Shown here: piece by piece, positions 49,701-60,709 of the stretch
Layout: each line of letters begins with the position of its first letter
How positions within the stretch are numbered: position 1 is the first letter of the stretch
NCBI GenBank assembly: GCA_051362555.1
Contig: CM120641.1
Location: 4,278,001 to 4,342,000, forward strand
Direction of reading: 5' to 3'
DNA length: 64,000 bases
Source of the DNA: Lingula anatina
Lineage: Eukaryota; Animalia; Brachiopoda
The notes under the pieces: model-generated
What the model was told of the DNA's origin: nothing
The model's database searches: none
Seen by the model: only the letters and a program-made list of their open reading frames with translations
Program-made: the position numbers and the translations under genes

Positions 49701-52700
49701 GGAGGTGCTCTGAAGTTCCAGGTGTTCAAATTTCATGAAATATAATGTCATTTTTGACCACAAGTTGTCTGCTTTGCCAACCTTATGTATTATTTTTCCG
49801 GAGTTCAAAATTTATTATCCATTACCGTACTGCACATTTTGCTTTCACCACCAATATGTATTTTTTGATACAGCGTAACTTTAGAGATAAAAGGGAAGCA
49901 AAATTTGCAAAGTTAAGTTCATAGTGAAAAGTAGGTCAAAGGTCAATTTTAAGGTCACATTTAGATTGCCAGTATATGACTTCCTAATCAAGTTCAATAG
50001 TAACTATGGACCTATCTCTGCCAGTTTTGGAGATAAAAGGGAAGCAAAATTTGCAAAGTTCAGTTCATGGTGAAAAGTAGGTCAAAGGTCAATTTTACGG
50101 TCACATTTAGATTGCCAGTATATGACTTCCTTTTCAAGTTCAATAGTAACTATGGACCTATCTCTGCCAGTTTTGGAGATAAAAGGGAAGCAAAATTTGC
50201 AAAGTTCAGTTCATGGTGAAAAGTAGGTCAAAGGTCAATTTTACGGTCACATTTAGATTGCCAGTATATGACTTCCCATTCAACTTCAATAGTAACTATG
50301 GACCTATCTCTGCCAGTTTTGGAGATATAAGGGAAGCAAAATTTGCAAAGTTCAGTTCGTGGTGAAAAGTAGGTCAAAGGTCAATTTTAAGGTCACATTT
50401 AGATTGCCAGTATATGACTTCCTATTCAAGTTCAATAGAAACTATGGACCTATCTCTGCCAGTTTTGGAGATAAAAGGGAAGCAAAATTTGCAAAGTTCA
50501 GTTCATGGTGAAAAGTAGGTCAAAGGTCAATTTCAAGGTCACAGTAAGATTGCCACTATATGACTTCCTATTCAACTTCAATAGTAACTATGGACCTATC
50601 TCTGCCAGTTTTGGAGATATAAGGGACTAAATGTTATAATTTTGGAGTTACCATAATGTGCCATAAATTTCCTACAGAAAAGATTAATTAAAATAAAGAA
50701 AACATCATTTTGGTCAAAATTCTTAAAACAGGAGGTGCTCTGAAGTTCCAAAAGTTCAAATTTGATGAAATAATGTCATTTTTGACCACAAGTTGTCTGC
50801 TTTGGCAAGCCTTATGTATTATTTTTCCAGAGTTCAAAATTTATTATCCATTACCGTACTGCACATTTTGCTTTCACCACCAATATGTACTTTTTGATAC
50901 AGCGTAACTTGAAAACCGTATGGAATACAAAAAAACGAAGACCACTTCAGTGTTGGGCTTTACATGCTCTACAAAATGCAAAAAAGAATGGGTCTCTAGC
51001 ATTAACGGTTCCCGAATTAGAGACAGTTTTCAGTTTCGGTACTTTATGGCCGCTACTCCCGTGAAAATGCACCGATTGACCCCAAATTCACGGAGATGAA
51101 AGATGACCAGAAGGGTAACACTTTCCAATAATATTATTGGTTAAGTCTGCGTGGTGTCTGAATAACAGGGCAAAAAAAATTTTTTTCGTAAAAAATTTCA
51201 TTTTTTTGAAAATTTTGGCCCGTTTGACCTTGAAATAAAGGTCAAAGGTCAAATCCAAGGGCATATTTGAAATCTACACATATGACTTTTGGAAAGCTGT
51301 CTGTAGAAATTTTTCCCATAACTCCTTCCTTAGGGTAGATAATTAGCATTTAATTTTGCCATTTTTAGACAAGGGTGCATTGCAATGAGTGCCACACCTA
51401 GACCCCAATACCGACAAAGCCCAAATTTTACGTGGAATGAGTTGAGATTATAGGTGACCTAAATCCAAGAGATGGGTACAGGGGCCCTTACCGTCTAGGA
51501 GGAGAAGCGGTAACGGTGACTTGGCGGCGGAGCCGCAGGAGCCGGCGGAGCTGCAGGAGCCGGCGGAGCCGCAGGAGCCGGCGGAGCCGCAGGAGCCGGC
51601 GGAACATACGGGTCGGGACTAAAACCATGGGTACCGCCAGCGCCTACGCTGGTGGTACAATAAGCAAAAAAATATATTCTAATCAATTAGTGAAAAATGA
51701 ATGACAAGTACAGGTACTTTAATTGTCCAAGAATTCTTTTATTTGATAATATTGATTAATTTTATCAACAAACAATATGTAATAATTGAATAATATCAGA
51801 ATATGGTTCGTACCTTGATTGTCCAAGAGGTTGTAGAGGTGCTGGGAGAACAAATGTGACATATGTGACGATCCCTTGATTTTAGGTTGCTAATGCAACT
51901 TCCCTCAATTTCACAGGTTTCATCCTGAAAAATAAATCAATTTTATCTTGAAGCTGATATCACTATTAAGCATTAAATATAAAATAAATATTGGGATATT
52001 TTTTCATTTGCCATTATTCACTAAAAACATTAATCTTTTTATGGCTGTGTCATTTTTCATCAAAATAGTCATAAAATTGGAAAAGGATGCCAAACTTTGT
52101 CCATAAAAAGAAATTCTCACCAGCTGTGTCCATTCTGTGTTTGACACTCTGGGATCACAAATCTGGCATGGCCTTGCTGGATTCTGCTGGGTTTCATTGT
52201 AGCATACACCATTTATACTGCAGGTGCCATTCTGAAGAGAGAAAAAAGTATTTTTCATTGAAACCAAGAACATTCAATGATCCACCATGTTCACTGGACA
52301 GTGATAGAGGCAAATTTCCCTCTTTCATGGGAAATAAAATTTTCTCACTCTGTGAAATAATTAACTGATATCAGAAAATATCTCATGGTACTTTGCCATT
52401 CTTGATAAAGATATTTGATTATTTCACAAAATATATGCCAATTTTTGCCATATATAGAAATGTCTTCAAGTCTGACAAATTCTCCCCTTATAACTTAATT
52501 ACAGCAGAATGTGGATCAAACCAGTACCTTGATTGTCCAAGAAGTTCTAGAAGTGCCAGGGGAACAAATGTGACATGGGTGACCATCTTTTGATACTTGG
52601 TTGCTAATACAGCTTCCATCAATTTCACAACTTTCACTCTGAAATAAATTATGCGCAGCACTATCAACCAAACTTCCCTAGTGAATATAATTTATCAAGT

Positions 52701-55700
52701 AGATATCTGGAATTATCTTTATATTTTATTTGTCATTATTCAGTCAAAGTTCTTTCTAGGTATAATCAAGGAGTTATAACAGTTATAACCCCTTGGTATA
52801 ATTAAGTAGCAACTTTCTTCTAAGTAAACACTATATGATAAAAACTATTGTATTCTACATATTACTTTATTTTTTCTAAATGAGATATTCTCACCAGATC
52901 TGTCCATTCTGTATTTGACACTCTGGGATCACAAATCTGGCATGGCCTTGCTTGGTTCTGCTGGGTTTCATTGTAACATGAACCATATATACTGCAGGTG
53001 CCATTCTGGGAATAAATATTGTATTTTTTAAAGCATTTATTTGAGTTTTTCATAATATTATTATTATTATTGTTACAGATATGATAGTGAGAATGAACAA
53101 TGTGATATTGAGAAAAAATTCAAAAGCAGTGTATATTTTTCCTGGGATGGGGGGTGTGCGAGTGTGTGTGTGTGTGCGTGTGGGGTGAAATGTCTTGAGG
53201 GGATGGGAGAGGCATTGTCAGGTGAGATGTCCAAAGGAAATTGTCCAGAGGGGGATATGTCTTAGAATAAATATTATCATCATATAAAAAGATACTTAAA
53301 GCTTCACATTTTTCATGACCAAGAAATATTCTCCATTCTAATTAATAATTTAATTATATAAGAATATCTAGTACCTTGATTGTCCAAGAGGTTCTAGAGG
53401 TGCTGGGGGAACAAATGTGACACATGTGACCATCCCTTGATTGCAGGTTGCTAATGCATTTCCCATCAAGTTCACAAGTTTCATTCTATAAAAATAAAAT
53501 TTATAAACATATCTTAAAGCCGAACTGCTAATATATTTCCATTTGCCATTATTCACCACAGATTCACTCTTTATGGCAATGATATTTTTCTTCAAAACAC
53601 ACATTATAAAATTATTATCAAATAGTGCCAGACTACACATGTAAATAAATTTTATTGAAAGAAATTTTTCACCAGCTGTGTCCACTTTGTGTTTGACACT
53701 CTGGGATCACAAATCTGACATGGTCTTGCTGGGTTCTGTTGGGTTTCATTGTAGCATGAACCATTTATACTGCAGGTGCCATTCTGGAAATAGAATATTA
53801 AGTGCTATTTTTATACTCAATAGTATTGGGTAATACAGTGTGAGAGAATTTTGAATTATACGTTTTCCATTGTCCTTAAGGGATCACCATGTTACATAGG
53901 TAAAATAACATATGAAGTCTCTTTAGCAACAATTTTCTTTTTCTCTATAAAAGTTGTTATTGGGTTACTCACCAGCTCAAACCATGTCTCTGTGCTGTAC
54001 TTTGGGTCACATAATTCACAGGGTTCTGAAGGATTTCTGTCACTACTGTTATAGCAAGTAGAGTTCACATAGCATGTTTCATTCTGAAAAAAAGGACAAA
54101 CATTCTTTTTTCATTTAGTCTTCAAATTTAGTCCTAAGATATATTTTTATTATATTTTCACAATGTTGAAGAACTCTTATACATCAAATAAACATTCAGT
54201 AACATTTATTAAATTCGCCAATTAACTCACCAGAAGCACCCAATCTGTGATGTTGACAGCTGGGTTGCAAACTTTGCATGACTTTCCTTCCTGTGCCTCT
54301 CCCTTGTGATAACAACTCCCATTTATTCTACATGCATTACTCTGAAACAACATATTTTCTAATATCAGTTTATTCTTATATATAATAATAACTGTAACTT
54401 GATAAACAAGGGTACATATGTAACAACTGATCCAGACACAGTACAGTACCAGATTCAGGTACAGATGGCAGCAATAAAAATTGATGTATCCACTTTCAGT
54501 CTTTTTCCCTTACCAAAACTGAAGAAAATTAACACATACTCAGGCCAGCAAGTAAGTCATAATTGCTACTTTTGTTTAGTCATACAAGCTGTGCAAGATT
54601 ATCTACCTGTATATACCAAGCAGTTTTGTTCCAAGATGGGATGCAAATCTGGCATGGGTCATCAGGATTTGTGTCATTTTCCTTATAACACATTTCTCCA
54701 ATTCTGCAGGTTCCATTCTGTGAGGCAATATAAAACAGCAGTGTTCACAAAACATTGAGCTACCAGTAAACAATTTTATGTAAAATAAAGTAATTAAAAT
54801 GGCTTGTTTTGTGTTTTGGAAAACACTATATATTATACTTGAATCATATCAAATCATAAAAATACCTTAATATCCCAAGAATTTCTGTTCTTATCTGAAG
54901 AACAAACATCACAAAAAGACCCTGTCCTTTCTTGACCATCTGTGTAACACTGGTTGTCAATGGTGCAGGTGCTGGGCTGAAAAAAAACTGGTACATGTTT
55001 AGAACATTCTGCTGAAACATAAATGCTGCTGTCACTCCATGTTGCTTGTATTTATTGCCTGTGTTTTGCTGTTCTAGCCTAAAGGTACAAGTTGTTGGTG
55101 TTATATACAATCCAAAGGTACCAGCTAGTGGTACAATATACACTCTCAGGTACCATGCAGCTTATGGTGGTACAATGTGGTCATTAAAACTTGACTACCT
55201 GGTATCCAAAATAAATGGTCAAATTGTATTTTTATTGCAAGATCAATATTTAAATATGCAATTCAAATGGCTACTTGTAAAAATACCAAAATGTAATCAA
55301 GAAGTTTGACTGTTTCTATAAATGCAATTTGTAAAATGGAAGATCAAGTTTGTAAATGTAAATATTGTTGACACTAGGACTACAGGTAAAACTGGGGAGA
55401 ATTTAAGCCATGTTCTATCTCCTGTTCATTTACATAGATGCACAAAACTAGTTTTGTATTTGCTGATCAATTCCATTAACACTTAATTTCTGTTTATGTA
55501 AGACCTGAAATATGCCTGGACTTTTTGTACAGATAAAATTACGTACAATAATTTAAAATTGAGGGAATATTAAAGAGATGTTATATACCAGTGCAAAAAA
55601 ATTAAAACATGGGTTATGATAAAAGATGCAATATGTTAATATAAGGCACAGGTAGTTTGAAAAGCAAATGGGTCTAAAAAAAATTAACTGATGACAATTC

Positions 55701-58700
55701 AACGTTTAGCCACAAAAAACAAATGCCAGGACTTTTCATGCAGGTAAGAATATGTACAATACACTGCACCTTAATATTGGGGAAATTTTAATGTGGTTTT
55801 TATATACTGGTACAAAAAATTAAAACAGGTTAGAAAAAAAGAAGCAATATGTGGCAGGGGCAAGTAATTTCATATCAAAGCAAATTTATTTTACTCAAAA
55901 TGATTTGTCTGGTGACAATCCCTGTTTAGACTTTTCTGAAAAAAAAAAAAGACGTGTGCTAGACATGTGCTAGACAATGGCACCAACATTGTTCTACCAC
56001 AGTTTATGTCTGAAAAGAGTTACATACCCGAAGATACCAATCACTAGTAGTGACATTAGGATTGCAGATTTGGCAGGCATCACTGGGGTTTTGTTCCTCA
56101 TTATTATAGCATTTACCATTTATGCTACATGTTCCATTCTGAAAATAATCAGATAAATTTTATCATAACTAATTTTGGACAACTCAATATGTTCATTATA
56201 TAATGCTTTGCAGACACATGTGGTTAGAGAATGCACTTCACATACCGTACAAGTGTGGTTCAATTGCTGGTCGAAAAAGGATTTTGGCAGCAAACAAGAT
56301 GCATTCCAGTTGCATCTGGCCCATTTGAGGCACATGCAGAACATTCTGACAGGATTGGAAGTGTCTTGCCATTTCGGTTCACCCTTGATTGTGATCAGAA
56401 TGTTTCGAATGCTGTTGGAATGCCGTAAGAATATTAACAATGAACTCATAGTGCAGTTAGAATGCACTTCCAATGCCAGTTAATATTTCTCTACTTGGGA
56501 TGCACTTTGCAAATTTTGAGCATGAGCAAAACATTCGGACCGGACTCAAGAATGGGTCCATATATTTGAAATGCACTTAGAATTTTTAGAATGCACTTCA
56601 AATATCCAGGAATATACAAAGAATTTTCATTCCAATGACATTCTAGCTCATTCCAAATTTAGTGTGACTAGGGTATTACAGATTGAATGATAATGTACTA
56701 TTTCTTCAGTTATACTGAAGATAATTTTTAAACATACATGAAATGGTTATCTGTTCATTACTTAAACATACTATTTTCATTAAGAGAACTTAAAACATAC
56801 CTTTATTCACAAGTTTGTTTTTATTTTGGTGAGTATATAAATGTATCTTGTTACCTTTAAGTGGCATTGTGATGGCCCATCACATCTGTAGCATTTAGAG
56901 TCATACACAGCCACTTTCAGAGGATGACTGTAGTTGGTACCACTGTTACTGATGCTGATATTGTAAACCTTGATCACTTCATCACTACTGATATCACTCC
57001 TCTTTTGACGTAATTTTGGGAATGGGCAGATCACCTCTTCTTCATGAACGAACTCTGCATCGTTATATTCAGTAATCACACCAGATGCCTAGTGAAAAAG
57101 TTGAGAAACGGTAAAATATTTCTGAAAATATTGTAACACCTTGCAATTACAAGTATCTAGCCAATTTAAATAGTTAATATTTTCATAGATTATGTATTAG
57201 ATGTAAAAAAACTTGCAACAATTGCAACTTACCGTGAGATGTTCTGTTTTACAAGACAGGTTTGATGACTGTACAAACGGGCCTCCATAAACTGGAGTTT
57301 CAAGACATGGTCGCTGAGATATGTCACAAAGCCCATTTGTTGGCATATAATATAAGTCAGGAATAGTATCCCTGCTGATAGAACAATCACTTGATACATA
57401 CCCTGGGTAACATTCACAGGAGCTAGTACCTAAAATGAGTGAAAATGTACCTGTATGTAGTCTGGAATGAATATGATGTCTTTAAGTTCAAACTCTACCA
57501 TTCTAAAATAATCTTAATGAAAAACATCTCAAAGTAACAATATTAATAAAATAAATAGTTCCACAAATAGTGTCTACAGGAGACATTACAAAAACAATAC
57601 CACTTCAAAAATAGTTAGATTTTAAACAATACTGAAGCTGAATAACAAGCTATTCCTCTCTTTCTCACAAAAATAAATTTTGGTGTGCCAGGCAAATGGT
57701 ACTTAATGGTGAGTCCATTATTGTATCTTACCTGCGTAGAGCACTGGCACACTGTATACTCATTGTGGTCAAAAGGCCGTACGTAGAGGGGTTCCCATTA
57801 TAGCAACTTAAAGTGAGGTCATCATAACTTGACCACATCCCTAGCACACCAGCCAGGGTTATATACATGTATATGAAAATAGTGAATCAGCCAATATAAT
57901 ATATAATATATCTTACCATTATTTCTAGTACATACACCATTGCTGCTGCAATCATTAGGGCACTTGATGACATCCAACTCTTCTGGAAGAGCAACCTCTC
58001 CTGTAGAGTTGTCAACTACCCAGTAGCTCTCATTTTTGGACAGTTCTCCAACACACATTCCCTTGATAGAATCGAGTGCTGCAAGTGCCCAGGCATTGTC
58101 TCCTGTCAACTAAAATTGTAAAATTGCAGGAATTGTAATTAAAATATTTTTAATTTGTGATGCACATCATCTGAGAAGCTGATGACAATATTTGTGGGTC
58201 TTGTGCCCCAGCCCTTAAAACAAGGGGCAAAGGTGGACACAATTTGATGCCTACAGCCACATGATAAAAAATGTGCAAGCAAATATCATGACAGGACTGT
58301 AATACAGTTACCAATGAAATTTTACTCCAAGTTAGAATGTATTAAAAGTCTCTCAGTAAAGAATAATTTTACCAACATGTATGTCATCCTTGCATCCTTT
58401 GAGTGCAACTTCATAATCCACATTCTCTACTGCTTGACAAGCTTTCCCAGCACTGCTGTTATATATATAATTACTGCAGAACTCATCTGCCTTAGCTTCT
58501 GTCCAACCATTCTTCCATTCTGGTTCCTATATAAGTTTTAGAGATAAAACCATCCACAATTAATTTAATTACATTACCATCTAATTAATTTAATTAGCAT
58601 CTACAATTAATTTAATTAGAACAAACAGTAATATATAGATTCTGGGTGAGGTGATGTTAGGGATATATTTGACCCAAAGTTGGGACGATTGACACTAGAG

Positions 58701-60662
58701 CAGTATATTTTGCATTTTTTTCACTCCACTCATGCATATTTAATGTTATGAATGTTATTAATGCTTCTTACCTCTATTCTGTCATCTGCATTATATTCAA
58801 ATTTACGTATCTCAAATATTTCGTCATGACTAGCAGCAGCTCTTCTTTTTCGACATTTTGCAAGTTGTTTCACTGAGTAGCTGTTGTCTGAAGCACACTT
58901 TGCAACATTCTCTGTGTAGCTACAATCCAGTGGAAGAGAACTGTTAAACACAATCTGGTCACCTGTGGTGGGGCATCTGCAATACTCTGCTTGAATGGAG
59001 GTCACATTGGAGGATGCTGGGATGCCATTATACATTGAATCTGACGCATCAGATACTCTGAAATTTTGACATTTTTAAAAAATCATTTTTATTCATGGAC
59101 CATAAATAATAATTACAAGAGAGAAATGTTAATATTAAATAATTATAATGAATAACTTATAGAAAATTTTGACATAAATTGTCTTTCCTAACATAACAGA
59201 CCAGAAGTACCATGTGTATTCCAAGGAATAGTAAAAGGAACATTTTTGCCTTTTTGCCAATTGTTGCTTGCCAAAGCGTGAAATGTGTCTCACCTCCATG
59301 ACAGTGAGAAATCATTGGGGTACAATGAGATAGGGTCTGTTGTACCATCATGTCGTAGAAAATCATCATTTTTGTTTCCGTTCAGAGTTCCACAGAGCCC
59401 TACAGTAGATTCTACATCCTTAGACCCTGGGTGAATGTGGATATTCATGTAATAGTCATCTATGTAATAATATGATCTGGCATATACATAACCTCCTGTT
59501 GGCAAATATATCTGAAATATATATCCAAAATTATTATGACTAGATGCACAATGAAACCAAATTTAATTGTTAGTTGATTTTTACTTATGGTACTATTATT
59601 CATCTCAGTCGATACCAGAACAACTGACTCTGAACTATGAACTGCCCCAAAGACTATAAATGTTTGCCAAATAGTTAAGACAATTTATTTCCTACAGGAA
59701 ATGATAACAATGAGTCAAATTATAACAGAGAAGTTTTGATTTGGCTAAATGATAAAATTTCTGTTACTGTTAGTGCAGATGATACATGTAGCTTGAATTG
59801 CAAACCAGTTGTGTAAGTATCATGAATAAGCATTTAAAATAAAGCTCAAACCTTAAAATCTTTTGCATTATTAAATGACTCCACTCTCATTTGTCCATGT
59901 TCACAACCCAAAAGTCCTGAACGCATTGGTTTTTTAATGCCCTTAGTTGTTTGAGACCCTGTTCCAGCTCTACATCTGTCGAAAATAAACAGATCGCCCC
60001 CAGACATGACTGTGACAGCACAAGGACAAAAAGCACGTCCATTATTACACTTTTTGAAGAAACCATGCACCTGTAAAGAAATTAGAATTATCCAGACCAG
60101 GTTAGAATATTTGTGAAAATTATTGCATTTGTAGAAAAATTAACATGCCAACACATTCTTCATTCTCAATTGTAGATACAACAATACATACAAGATGAAA
60201 TATAGAAATTATAACAAAACTGGTACTGATATAAAAAAATGGTGAGAAACAAAAGTACATTTGATGTCATAAAGGATACATGTACCAGTCACATCAAAAG
60301 ATATTAATGTAATCATACAATGTAATCATACCTGGATTGGCAGAGTTTGGTGTTTATACATTATGAATTCTCCTGGAAGCTGGCATTCATATCGTCTGAA
60401 TATGTAAAGAATATTATACTGGTATGAAGAAATTCTTAAAAACAGGATTCAGAAATTTATTGAAGAACATTATAAAAGAAAAGAAAGGAAAAATGCCACA
60501 AATCTTTTATCTAATCTGTTAGCTTTGAGAAGACATACCATATTTTATCATGGCAAAAAAGTAACATGTTAGCACCCAGAGTTTCAGGGATCACAGCAAA
60601 CTCCCCGCTAAAATAAGCTGATAGTGAAAGGTCATTTCTAGAAATCTCTGCAAGGGTGCATT

Positions 60663-60709
<47 letters not shown>

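Larger units (their letters stand above)
48980..51663 (-). mobile_element. Helentron-associated non-autonomous element (HINE) carrying a 146-bp tandem array
   Basis: On the minus strand: 5' subTIR ATTGTACCACCAGC with partial inverted copy GCTGGCGGTAC, an 18-bp GC-rich minisatellite, internal 146-bp repeats, 3' subTIR GCTGGTGGTACAAT, hairpin GAGGCGGTATCGCCTC and terminus CTAGT into a T-run. The paralogous intron at 43242-43420 lacks it. Confidence 0.85.
41871..56138 (-). repeat. Array of 29 Cys-module exons (copy 2)
   Basis: Low coordinates of exons: 41871, 42183, 42438, 42773, 43131, 43504, 44020, 44396, 44825, 45148, 45406, 45790 (101 nt), 46027, 46351, 47790, 48121 (105 nt), 48485, 48799, 51814, 52121, 52528, 52895, 53375, 53673, 53973, 54231, 54607, 54866, 56028. 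All others are 111 nt except 41871-41985 (115 nt). Confidence 0.9.

Noticed and set aside
51495-51704. ORFs with PAPAAP and RRSRRS repeats (extensin- or protamine-like)
   Set aside because: They are translations of the 18-bp minisatellite inside the HINE element, with no gene context.
32819-56138. Conserved ~111-bp repeats separated by variable spacers read as a CRISPR or cassette array
   Set aside because: Each repeat is flanked by AG and GT and translates to an open Cys module; they are exons separated by introns.
56120-56673. Overlapping ORFs in the intron at 56.1-56.5 kb
   Set aside because: The region has repeated GAATGCACTT motifs and ends in GTGACTAGGG-TA, suggesting a truncated transposon end absent from the paralog; no protein motif is present.
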